Of a DNA stretch of 38,358 nt, positions 10,333-21,645 are shown piece by piece (positions within the stretch are counted from its first letter, which is position 1; the number at the start of each line of letters is the position of its first letter). Source of the stretch: Neophaeotheca triangularis (lineage: Eukaryota). The position numbers were made by a program, and so were the translations under genes. Below the pieces are notes generated by a model. It saw nothing but the letters and a program-made list of their open reading frames with translations. It was not told the DNA's origin and made no database searches. The stretch covers positions 1 through 38,358 of the forward strand of contig BAAIJX010000103.1 in NCBI GenBank assembly GCA_054600435.1. Direction: 5' to 3'.

Positions 10333-11222
10333 ATGCTCACTAAAGGCTTCGTCATCGCTCTCATGTCCACTATCACGGTGTCTGCAGCGGTTCGTTCTCA
10401 ATCTTATATATGACCTATGCCATCACCACTAACAAAGTCCTAGGCACTACCTTCCGGCTTGGTCTCGATCATCCAGGATGATTCGAGCGAGCTCCCTTAC
10501 TCGGTCTCCGAGATGGAGTGGACGGGCCTTGTAGGCAATTCCTCCGAGCCCGTCACACTGTACGGTTCAATGGAGGTAAGCGGATCCCGAGTTTACCACA
10601 ACGTTCCAGCTATCTAACCGCCTCTCAAGGATATCGTCAGCCAGGCGCGGAAGATCGACCCCAATCTTTCATTTCACGATGACAACGTTGAAAAGAACAC
10701 ACTGATGAAGCGGATGGATCTGCTGTCGACAAGCGTAGTGTGGTAAGATTAGTTCCTTCCTCCAGTTTCATAGCGTTTGCTGATCTAGCTCGATCTGAAG
10801 GTCAAGACCATATGCAACATCTCCGGCAAGGCCACCCAGGTGGGAATCATGGTACGTTCCGAGATATGACCTTGTGACCAGACATAGCGCTCTAACAGAC
10901 CACAAATGGGCAGGCTCAATCGAGATACTTGAAAAATCTCAGCGGCAACTGTGGCGTTGGAGCCAAGAGCTGTGTGCGTGTTTCCTGTTCCTATAGCGAC
11001 GCAGTTTATCTCTGCAACGACAACGATCATCGGATCCAGCCGAGATGCAGCAGTTTGACAACGCATTTGGGCAGTATCTTCGGGAAATGTGGAACTTCGG
11101 GTCTGAAGGGAGGATCTGGAGGGCGCCGTGCTAAGCCCGGCAGCTGGATTCACTCTGTGAGTGGCCAAGCTTTCGACGGGGAGGGCTTCAATGTTATCGC
11201 AAGATTGGACAGATCGTGCTAG
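10333..11222 (+). CDS. Small secreted cysteine-rich protein (effector candidate) with Kex2-type pro-region; possible frameshift
   Basis: Exons ~10333-10389, 10444-10575, 10630-10742, 10801-10851, 10914-11222. Signal peptide MLTKGFVIALMSTITVSAA; mature part has 8 Cys and CVRVSCSYSDAVYLCNDN...GQAFD...NVI, typical of a widespread uncharacterised fungal secreted family. Exon 3 has a frame conflict near 10695-10701. Confidence 0.8.
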
Positions 11223-11499
11223 GGTGTCGTAATGTACGTACAGGAAGGGAGTTGGGAACCTCATTCGAGAAATATCTTGCTATTCACTACCATGCCTACA
11301 TGCCACTCTATATAACCCTAAAACCAGCCCGTAGACAGTCTCCCGGATGATAGGTGCTTACTGATAGAGAAGGAGCGGCCATAATGGCTGTTTGAGGCGC
11401 AAGAGAAATACAAACACAACCTACCGTTGAGCTGTGCGTACATCCTCGCACTCGACCTTGCATCGCCACTCCATAGCCACTGAAGACTCTCCTAGACTT

Positions 11500-13085
11500 T
11501 CAGTCTCGCTCCTCCATGACCCATCTTTCTCTAAGGCGACCAGCGTACAGCTTGCCCGGTACAAGCGGACGCACATGCTGCGACGTAAAACTCGCATGTC
11601 CCCCGCCATGTTCGTAAACAAAGGAATCGTCAACCACCTCGCCCCACACGACGGGCAAAACGGCAGCATCCGCATCCTCCGCCGGTCGATGGCAAACTGC
11701 AGCAATAGCCAGACTACAAGGCCCGGCGACTGGCATGTCGCTCGCAAGTTTCCTGAAACCAGTGCCGACAGCGCAAGCCAAGTGGAGTGTTCCGATCAAG
11801 ATGCAGCAGATGATGGAAGTGCAGGTAGCCCGCGGTAGTCATGCTGAGTTCGGAGTCTAGCATGCCGTCGCGGTACATTTCCACACGAGTGAACTGCGAA
11901 ATTAGTCAGTGTAGAGTGCCCGAGATGAGGATGAGGGGGATCAAATAGTAGTAAGGAAACTGCAGCCAGAAGGTCGAATACTGAGAGCCGCGAGGCGAGG
12001 TAACCCTTAGACCCTTGCGGACTTTTGCGTAGGTCCTCCATTCGTGCGCTTGATACATTGCGGTGTAGAGGTTGTTGTAGGCCAGGTAGAGACAGCTCAC
12101 AATGGCTTGAGGGCAGTTTGCGGGTATCACCTGCTGGACTAGGGCGGAGACGCCTCGGTTGGGTAGCTTGCTGTCGATGAAGAGGCGAGGGTCTACCCGG
12201 CCGAATCCCGGTCTTACGAGGCCCGATGGGCTGATTGACGCGCCTGAGGATTTGATGTCTGAGATCCCAACGCCGAGGAGCGGGAGGGTGACAATGAGAG
12301 CTATGGCGATGAGCCCGATTGTGAAGACCCATCGATATGGGCTGACTGCAGCGTGCCATCTTTGAGGTTTTGGAGGGGTCTTGTATGGTGTAGGCTCTAG
12401 GTGGAGCGCGGTTCGGATCCGCTCTGACTCAGCCGGATGTGGTGCAGTTTTCCTCGACATTAAGCAAGTTCCTCTGCTCCAGTCGTCGGCATATTCGATA
12501 AAACTAGCGAGCGCGTCGCCGATGGTGACGAGGGGATGCATCTTGGTTCCGAAGAGGCCCCAAAGCATGGCGGAAAGCTTAACCACGTTAGAAGCAATGA
12601 CTGCCACCATGATCCCGAAGCTCCCCTGCAGTTTACATCTATCGTGTATGAGGCGACTCATGCAATAGTCGATAGTAGCCCCCTTGATTGTCCAGTTATT
12701 GTAGGAGGCGCCCTCGAGGAGCGAGTCAATCTTGCAAACGTAGCCCCAAGCCCTGTTCTCAGAAACGTCCGTGTATATCCAGTTGTAGGGCTCTCGAAAA
12801 GGCTTGTATGTCGCAAAGTCGGCATCGTGGGTACTAGGAGGTAGTCACCGTTGCATTCTCGTCGTTGACTGTCTTTGTGACAGCAAGTACATGGCTGCGA
12901 CCGTGTACATACCACGAGCGCGAGTACTCGGCAATGCAATCGTGGGCACTCAGGTTCTGCCATTGCGTTAGATCCAAGTACGCATCGTCATCGGTGGCCA
13001 ATCCGTGTAGAAACTGAGCGGCTGTGAGATTGTAACCCGCACTGCGTTATCGCCCTCGAGAGTCCCATTGCCATTAAACACTGTC
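11500..13085 (-). pseudogene. 5'-truncated DUF6536-like integral membrane protein pseudogene
   Basis: Motifs in order: DCIAEY, IDYC, PLVTIGDALASF, ANCPQ..S.LYLAYNNLYTAM...EW, RKGLRVTSPRGSQ.STFWLQ.PY, CSLAIAAVCH, VVWG, GHASFTS. Lesions: frameshift ~12840, H-W codon reads TGA at 11906-11908, frameshift ~11823. N-terminal domain not found. Confidence 0.75.
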
Positions 13086-13310
13086 GTCAGCTACTAACGT
13101 CTCAGGGGCTCGATGCGGATTGAGGGCAGTCAAGACGGGCCAGGGACTGGGACCGCTCGAAAGGCAGAATTCCCAGCTGCTTTTGTATGTAGCCTGCATC
13201 TCGACCCGCCGCATCTTGGATGTCGGACATTAATCTTCCGAGTACAATGTGACCCGACCGTTCTATTCCCACACCCACGCAATCGATCTCATCGTAAGAC
13301 TACGCCTCTC

Positions 13311-14339
13311 TCAAAACTTGAGCATTCTTTTGCTAGTCATCATACCACCTAACTTCTTCTGCACCCTATCAAACCCAATGAAATTGCAACTTTCGCTCTC
13401 CAAATGATTGCACAAACTCGCCAGGGTCTTCAACTCCTTCCTACACCTGCGGTTGGGGCAATGGTACACCTTCTGCTGATGCGCGGGCGAGTTAAGATGC
13501 TGATCCAGAGCACTAATGCCACGAAGGTTGGATTTGCAGAAGAAGCATTCCCAGTGATGGCCGTTGAAGGCGGCGTTCGTGGCTTGATATGTAGTTTGCG
13601 AGCCGTAGTCTTCGGCACTGACTCGGTCGGTGATGATGCCGTCTGGGTCGCAAGAACGGGCGATTTCGAGGATGCTGTGGCGGTTGAGCTTGGGAGCATT
13701 AGAGCAGGAGCCGCTCTCGAGGTGGTGGAAGAGTCCTGCGGCTGAGACGTAGGCGTTTTTGCAGAAGGGGCAGAGTAGGCCTCTTGGGCGGTGGAGGCGA
13801 GAGTTGCGGTGTTTCGGGGGATGGGCAGTTGGTTTGGCTTGTTCGGCTCGGTAAAGAAGTCTTACTTACGGCTTGGTAATTGTTTGCGTTCTGGAATTGG
13901 CGTTGGCAGTCGTAGCAGTAGTTTGCGCGGTGGCGTAGGGCATTAATGTGATCAGACATAGCTCGCTCGGAGAAGAAAGCAGCATCGCAAGTGTCGTATA
14001 GCCACTAGGGCGCGCAGTGTCCCATACTATCTTCGTGTTGGCTTGCGTTATACGCAGTACGGAATATCGCTGTACACGATCTGCAGGCATGTTTCCGAAC
14101 CTAATGACGTTTCGCATTCATATGTTGCTTGGCGGCACGAGAAGAATTAAACACACTTGTACAAGTCTCGCATCCTAGCCAGTGTCCCTTTGCATCCATG
14201 TGTTGATTGCAAGCTCGCTGGGTTCGGAAGGTGTTGGGACAGGTCTTGCATTCTAGCCAGTGGCCAGAATCGTTCAAGTGGTGTAGCAGGTTCTCTCCGT
14301 CGTAAAACCATTCGAGCACCTTTTACAGTCGTACGCCAT
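13311..14339 (-). pseudogene. Multi-C2H2 zinc finger protein pseudogene
   Basis: ATG at 14339 (MAYDCKRC), repeated CxxC...HxxxxxHW fingers, conserved tail HLESGSC...HLNSPAH...YHCPN..C...HLESESC, TGA at 13311-13313. Lesions: 1-nt frameshift ~14283, TAG at 14101-14103 and 14005-14007; intron 13812-13869 has a GTAAGT donor but AA instead of AG at the acceptor. Confidence 0.85.
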
Positions 14340-15042
14340 CTCGAGCGGTGGCGGCAGTGGTTTCCGCAATCTTCCAGTTGTTCAAGGTCTCGCAGGTTTG
14401 AAGAAAAGGCTGGGAGCCTGCCCATCTAAAATTCGCTTTACAAGCAGCAAGACCAGGAGAAGGTGTTCTTGAGTACCTTAGCGAACGAAGCCTGGATGGA
14501 ACCTCAGTATCTCTCATGACGCCGGGTGTGTTGACAGGGTGGATGCGCTTACCTGAAAGACTGTGTTTCTGTCTAAGCAGTAAGCGCATACAGTGATCTT
14601 ACGTGCTATATTGGTCAAAGTGAGATTGCGCCTTTCTAGTGAGAGTCGCAAAGAGCGAAAGACAACCTTATCCCACATGATCATTGTTACATCGGACCCA
14701 AACTCACTGGAAGAAGTTGTGCAAAGTGGGTCCAACTTCGAAACTCAAGGCCCGAAGCGAGCGTAACAACATCAGCCCTAAGTTAAGTAACGACACTAGA
14801 TACTACTGCCTAGGTACGTGCACATACAGATAAGGTACATTATCTTATCGCAACCTCCCGTCATCTTTCGAGACTTCTTCCAGGCAGCGACCTTAACGAC
14901 TTGCTCGCATTCTGCAATGTCTTATAAAGACCACTTTAGGAAGGGGGAAGACCTTCCATCTACACTCTGTTTTCCAACACCGTATCATCCAATTCCGTCA
15001 TCACAATAGCTCTCAAGGTCTTCAACAACGTAAAGGCAAGGA

Positions 15043-16695
15043 ATGGCAGCAGACAATGGCAGAAGGCGTCCAGCAGGTAAGTAATTGATCCCAGTCACAT
15101 TCGAGCGATACCATATCTGCAGGCTCCAATGCTGACAGCCCCTAGGTGCCAACGAACGCCGCTGCGTCTCCCGGCAAGACATGGGTCTCTACCGCTCCCT
15201 TGCGGTAGGCGTTACTTACTACTTCAGAACGCGTGGCGATTCAATGGAGCGGACAGTGTCGGACAAGTTGCGCCTCTCGCAAGCGCTGCCGCTGTGTGTA
15301 GACCAACACCCGATCCTTAGTGCAGTAATTCAAGGGGCAGATAGTGAAGCACCCCAACTGGCCATGCTCGAACACGTCCATCTCGATAAACACATAGAGA
15401 TCGCAGAGGCTCCAGACGATATTGAAATTGCCGACTGGGATGAGCGAACTCATATCGAAAGCTATCTGCACGATGCATGTGATACCGTTTTTGAAGAAGT
15501 GGCAACGACTCCGCCGTGGAAGATCATTGTCCACAGCCTGCCGCCGAGGAGAGGGAATGAGAAAATCAGTAGCCGTAAGCTCATTCTTTTCACCTACTAC
15601 CACTCCCATGGCGACGGCAAAGCGGGTCTAGCATTCCACAGAACTTTTCTCGCAGGCCTCGATAGTCGCTCCTCGGACCATGACGGAGCTATCCTCTACA
15701 AAACCCCTCAGACTCCCCTCTTTCCGCCCTTGGAAAAAGTCCTTAAGCTTCCAACCTCCTGGTCCTACCTCTTAGCAACAGTCTTGGGGGAAACTTACTT
15801 CCCACCCTGGATCCGAGACTTGGTGCGCTTGCGAGCCTCAACGACAGCTTCCCCTCCACCCGGGACATGGCTAGGAGCAGCCTCCTCGCAAGAAAATAAG
15901 CCCTCCAGCAGCGACCGCGGCCGAGGCCTGCAACTGGTCAAGATCCCGCAAACCACATTGAGCGCAGTCCTGACCGAGTGCAAAACCCACTCGACCACAC
16001 TAACAGGCCTACTACACCAAGTAATCCTCCGCGCACTAAGCGACGCCCTCAGCAGCCGCGACTCCTCCAATCCAACCCAACCCCAACACTTCCTAGCAAC
16101 CACACCTCTCGACCTGCGGCCGCACGCGCACCCCACGATTCCCAAAACCGCCATGTCCCTAACCACCTCGGTCGCCTTCGAGACCCTACTCCTCAGCCCA
16201 GAAACGTGGAAACCCAAACCCCTCGCCAACCCCACTCTGACCTCGTCAGAAAAACCCCCCCTTTTCGCCTGCGCAGCTAAAACCACCCATCTCCTGCGCG
16301 AAAGCGCTAAAACCGAACGAGACCAGCCCGTAGCCCTGCTGAAATACTTGAGCAACTACCGGCCCTGGCTAGCGGCCCAAGCCGCCCAGCCGCCCGAAGC
16401 GAGCTATGAGCTCTCGAATTTGGGGAATTTCTCGCTTTCGATGGAGGGAGAGGGAGATGGAGAAGAAAATGCAGAGGCCGGGGTGGGGGTTGAAGATGTG
16501 GTTTTTGCGCAACCGGGGAGTGAGGTTGGGCCGGTGCTGTTTTTCAATGTTGTTGGGTTCAAAGGTGCGGGGGTGAGTTTGAGTGTTACGTGGCTGAGAG
16601 GGGTTTTGGGGGTGGGTGATGAGGAGGGATTTGTGCGCGAGGTCTGTGAGAGGGTGGGGAGTTATGTCGGGATGCTGGGGGATGCGAGCATGTGA
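15043..16695 (+). CDS. Alcohol acetyltransferase-family (AATase, CoA-dependent acyltransferase) protein
   Basis: Exon 1 15043-15076, intron 15077-15145 (GTAAGT...GCTGAC...TAG), exon 2 in frame with the 504-aa ORF. HxxxD motif YHSHGDG, PPWK, DLRP and SYELSNLG. Confidence 0.88.
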
Positions 16696-17212
16696 TTTTT
16701 TGAGAATGGGGAGGAGAGAGGGAGGTTGGTGCGGGTAGCGGAGGATGAAATAAATGCTATGTAATGTATAATCGATGGTGGAGAGTGGTGCATCAGGTTT
16801 CTCCGCAGTGTACGTATTGAGCTCACTACCTAGGTATTCCCATCTTGTCTCCTGAACGCCGTTGTCCCAGTCGCGAAATCTTTGCCAGCGATACTTGGAG
16901 CTCGCCGTAGAGCTGGTTGCTCGCTCATCGTAAGAGCAGCTTGTACTCCAAGCGCTAGACCACATGGCTTTAGATCCAACTCGGCGCTCAAGCATCTAAG
17001 CCATGGAACATGGCAGTGCGCGCCTTTATCAGCCGATGAGGCCCGTTTACTCCATCCAGATCCAAGCCTTCTCAGCATTATGACACCTCGAACCCCATCT
17101 CCTTCCAACACGAATGCGTCTCCTACACAACCAATGATCCCAAGACACCTCCTCCACCGCCATCCCCCTTCGGCATTCCATCCTCGTATTCCCCACCTCA
17201 TCCAACACCCGC

Positions 17213-17565
17213 TCACCTATTCCTCTCAAAATATCCACTGGAGCTCATAAGCGCCACACTCTGATCCATAAAAGTCTCACCGACCCACAAGTAATTCTCC
17301 AGCCACTTTTTGAGATTGGGGGATTCGGAAAAGGTGTCGGGTTTGATGCTTGGGCTGGTGGGTTAGGGTTAGCTGTCGCGTGACCGTGATTGTTTGTTTG
17401 TGCTGGGGTTTGAGGAGTCGTGGTTGATGGGTGGAGGGTGGAGCGGGAGGGAGAGAGGGGGGGGGAAGTGGCTTACGCTAGACCTGTGGAGCGTTTGACG
17501 CCGGCTAGGAAGGCGGAGACCAGGACTGCGTCGAAGGCGTAGTGGGTTAGGCGGCCTAGGACCAT
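17213..17565 (-). CDS. DUF1748-family small fungal protein, 76 aa (absent from the ORF track)
   Basis: Exon 1 17565-17477, intron 17476-17355 (GTAAGC...GCTAAC...CAG), exon 2 17354-17213. Product MVLGRLTHYAFDAVLVSAFLAGVKRSTGLAPSIKPDTFSESPNLKKWLENYLWVGETFMDQSVALMSSSGYFERNR. Confidence 0.88.
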
Positions 17566-18217
17566 GGTTGGAGGAGTGTGTGGGGAGTAGGGGAAGGCGG
17601 TTGGTGGAGTTGGATTTTTGGTGTTGTTGTCGTGGTTGCTGGCGAGGGAGGTAGCTGGATGAATGGCTACCTTACCGTTCTAGGGTGGAAGCTTTGATTG
17701 GCGACTTGATTATGTTCGATAGGAGAGAGGGAGGATCGTCGGCCAGGAGGGTTGTTGACAGACGGAGCTTTAGTGTCGTGCACTTGCAGGTATATGTAAT
17801 CAAAAAGCAGCTGGGCAGTCTGATTTGTTGATGCGGTGAGGAGAGGTCCCAATTAGGCAGGCATGAGGTCCCAAGGTCAAGTCGCCGTCGGAACCTACTA
17901 TGTACCTAGGTAGGAATTGATGACATAAGGCGTAAACCCAAGTTAAGTTAACTAGTAACTATTTACTTCATCAGGTAAGGCGATGGAGCACGTGTAGATA
18001 GGCAGTTACGGCTATCGGGCCGTTGAGCGATAAGAAACAGAGCCGGGACTTAGTCAAATCATTGTTATTACAATATTCATCCGTGGACCTGGGCAGACTC
18101 AGCTTGGACCCTGAAAGAATCCGCGATAGAGGGGCCGTTGCTTGTTTAACCACCAGAAGTTGCGCCGAAAAAGTTGAGAGCTCAGCAAGCTGACGTCCCA
18201 CCACACCAGACCGTTAC

Positions 18218-18335
18218 CTCCTCCATCCTCTCCTCTCCTCTCCTCTCCTCTCCTCTCCTCACTCTTCACTCTTCACTCCTTACCACCACCACCACACACA
18301 CACACACACACACCTTCTTCTTTTTTCTCTTTCAC
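18218..18335 (+). repeat. CT-rich (CTCTC)n and (CA)n microsatellites in the pyruvate kinase leader/core promoter
   Basis: Tandem CTCTC/CTCCT units at ~18225-18260 and a CA run at ~18293-18313, just before the ATG at 18343. Confidence 0.8.
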
Positions 18336-18342
18336 CCTCACA

Positions 18343-20126
18343 ATGGCCAACTCCCTCACCCACCAAGAGTTCGGCCGCACTCGCGTCGAGTGGCTGTCCA
18401 ACCTCAACACCGAATATGTCCCACCAAAGAACTTCCGCCGCACGAGCATCATCTGCACCATTGGTATGCCTGCCTAGTCCCTCTTCAACTTCATCTACAC
18501 AAACGGAAAGAGCAGGATGTGTATCCCCGTCAAGTGCGAGGAAGGAGCGAACATGGACAAGGACCCCTCCACCCCCCCCCGCTAATACCTCTCTCCCCCA
18601 CCACCAGGCCCCAAGACCAACTCGGCCGAGAAGATCAACATGCTCCGCACCGCCGGCCTCAACGTCGTCCGCATGAACTTTTCCCACGGCAGCTACGACT
18701 ACCACCAGTCCGTCATCGACAACGCGCGCAAGGCCGAAGCCACCCAAGAGGGCCGCCCAGTAGCCATTGCCCTCGACACAAAGGGCCCCGAGATCCGTAC
18801 CGGCAACACCCCCAATGACGAGGATATCCCCATCTCCGCTGGGAGCGAGCTCAACATCACCACCGACGATAAGTATGCCACAGCCAGCGACGACAAGAAC
18901 ATGTACCTCGACTACAAGAACATCACAAAGGTCATTGAGAAGGGCCGCATCATCTACGTCGACGACGGTGTCCTCGCCTTTGAAGTGCTCGAGGTTGTTG
19001 ACGACAAGACCCTCCGCTGCAAGGCCATCAACAACGGCAAGATCAGCAGCAAGAAGGGTGTCAACCTTCCCAAGACCGACGTCGACCTCCCCGCTCTGTC
19101 CGAAAAGGACCAGAACGACCTCCGATTCGGTGTCAAGAACGGCGTCGACATGGTCTTCGCCTCCTTCATCCGCCGCGGCGCCGACATCAAGGCCATTCGC
19201 GACGTCTTGGGCGAGGCCGGCAAGGACATCCAAATCATCGCAAAGGTCGAGAACCAGCAGGGAGTTAACAACTTCGACGAGATCTTGAAGGAGACGGACG
19301 GTGTCATGGTTGCCCGTGGTGACCTCGGTATTGAGATACCCCCTGCGCAGGTCTTCATTGCCCAAAAGATGATGATCACCAAGTGCAACATTGCCGGAAA
19401 GCCCGTCATCACCGCCACGCAAATGTTGGAGAGCATGACCTACAACCCCCGTCCGACTCGCGCCGAAGTCAGCGACGTCGGTAACGCAGTCCTCGACGGC
19501 AGCGACTGTGTCATGTTGTCTGGCGAGACTGCCAAGGGCAACTACCCCAAGGAGGCTGTGACCATGATGCACGAGACGTGCCTGCTCGCCGAAGTCGCCA
19601 TCCCCTACGTCAACGCCTTTGACGAGCTCCGCTCCCTCGCTCCTCGCCCCGTCCCCACCACTGAGAGCGTCGCCATGGCCGCCGTCGCCGCCTCGCTCGA
19701 GCAGAACGCTGGTGCCATTCTGTGCTTGACCACTTCGTGAGTATCAATCCATCACACCTTGTTGATGCCCCCACTAACACACCATTCCCCAGTGGCAACA
19801 CCGCTCGCCTCATCTCCAAATACCGCCCCGTCTGCCCCATCATCATGGTGACCCGCAACGCCACCGCTTCGCGCTACTCACACCTCTACCGCGGCGTCTG
19901 GCCCTTCCACTTCGACGCGGAGAAGCCCGACTTCAAGAGCACCCCCTGGCAAGAGGACGTCGATGCCCGTCTCAAGTGGGGCATCACCAACGCCATGAAG
20001 CTGGGAGTCTTGAACCAGGGCGACGCTGTCGTCTGCGTTCAAGGCTGGCGCGGCGGCATGGGCCATACTAACACGCTACGTGTGGTGCCCGCGCAGATGG
20101 ATTTGGGGCTCGATCAGAATGCTTAG
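18343..20126 (+). CDS. PYK1: Pyruvate kinase
   Basis: Exons 18343-18463, 18608-19736, 19793-20126. Motifs [57 protein letters not shown]...[55 protein letters not shown]. Strong C-ending codon bias. Confidence 0.99.
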
Positions 20127-21645
20127 GCGTCGGCTGGTGGACTGCGTCAGGACATTTTTAGCGGGGGTAGCGATATTGGTGGTGAAGATGTGAAGCTCAA
20201 GGTTGGAGGCGAGAGAGTGGACTCGATCGTTGACAGTGTCTGCAATGGCAAAGCAACCGCGGTTCCGGCCACGAGGCTCAGCGACGTTTCCAACGATGCT
20301 GCTGCTGCTGCTGACGATGGCAACGAGAACACAAAGGCCAAATCCACCTAGTCAGTCAGTCAGCCAGCCAGACGTTCTCGTCTGTCTAGCTCTTCTGGCT
20401 CGGATGGCTTTCTCGCCTTGGGCTGAACATGACGCATTCTCATGGCATACGCATAACGTGGAAGCGGGGAGCCATGAAACAGATGAGAACATGCACCAAA
20501 GGGAAGAAGGGTTTCTTTTCCTTTGTGAATAGGGCGCTTGATATCCAAATTCAACTGTTTTGAGAAAAAAAAAAAAACCACACCATTTGTGATATTCTGA
20601 TGCTTATTGCATCTGCCTTTACTCCCGTGTCTACTAGCTTCAGAGTCTACGAGTTGGGCCGGAATCCATCGAAGTCGTCACCGCCTGCCTACAGTTCGTA
20701 AAATAGGCAGAACCGACGACGACATATGTAGTGTTGCGACCGCTGCTATCACCACCACTATCAACTCACTCTCACCGTACCCCCTAGACGCTCACACAAA
20801 AAGCAACAACAAAGTATTTGAGACTTCTTAGGTCGTAGAAACATCCAAACTCCAACCCTACACAACCCCTCGCTTTGGCCCAAAAGGCCGCCCGAAGAAC
20901 GTCAAATCTGGGAAAGCCCCTTACCTAGCTCTAACCAGGTTATTACTCACTCCAACGTTACCCCTACTAACTAGATACTTTACCTACTTCATCAAGGCCT
21001 CCACGCACGAAATTCCCAGACGAAGCCGGCCGTTGGGTGAGCATGGGACGAGACAAAAATCACCACCAAAAGCAGTTTTGTAACTCGGTGTTGATATGGG
21101 AGCGCTGTCCGCCTACAACGGAAGGGACGGGACGAGCTCCTGAGTAGTGGAGAAAGAGGAACAGGACAATTTTTATCAGACTGCGCACAGAAAGAAAAAA
21201 GAGAAAAAGGAAAACAGGAAAACAGGAAACAATGTGCGTCGGACTGGGTTTACTAGTTCAACGATGCAAAGCTCTGCTTCGTTGTCTGTATCAATTGAAC
21301 TTGGCTGGAAAACCCCGCTGTGGAAAGGAGAAAACGCCGTCGCTATGATTTGTAGACTTCCCATTGCCCATAGACAAAGGCCAACCCAAGCAGAAAGCAC
21401 GAAGAGAATGGAGTGACAACGCCACCTGGGCTCGCTTGGAACGAAATGCCAGTCATGTTAGTAGTCGTCAGCCGTGAACAGAAAAGAAAAAGCCCGCTTC
21501 CGTCGCAACCCCATAGCCTCATAAGAGGCATGCACAAACGCAGCCGGGGCCATCGCCACAACACCCCACCGCTCACTACGCCACCTCATTGCTCATTCTC
21601 ATTATGATCCTCGCCCCAATCTCTCTCTTCTCAGAAGGTCGGCCA

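Noticed and set aside
16369..16995. 208-aa minus-strand ORF overlapping the acetyltransferase 3' end
   Set aside because: No recognisable motif; about half is antisense to a real CDS in skewed DNA.
16800..17800. Telomerase RNA candidate: template-like CTAACCCTAA on the minus strand (17363-17372) followed by long apparent stems
   Set aside because: The motif is the branch site of the DUF1748 intron and the stems lie in its coding exon 2. No pseudoknot or Sm-site/5' splice-site end was found.
18280..19572. 430-aa antisense ORF over pyruvate kinase, and many antisense ORFs over FAB1 and other genes
   Set aside because: Expected shadow of strong codon bias in GC-rich coding DNA; no recognisable domains.
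20690..21180. Spliceosomal snRNA (U5-like GCCUAUUUUAC, Sm-like AUUUUUG)
   Set aside because: The U5 loop consensus GCCUUUUAC is not matched exactly, lies partly within a stem, and the Sm-like words are not correctly placed.
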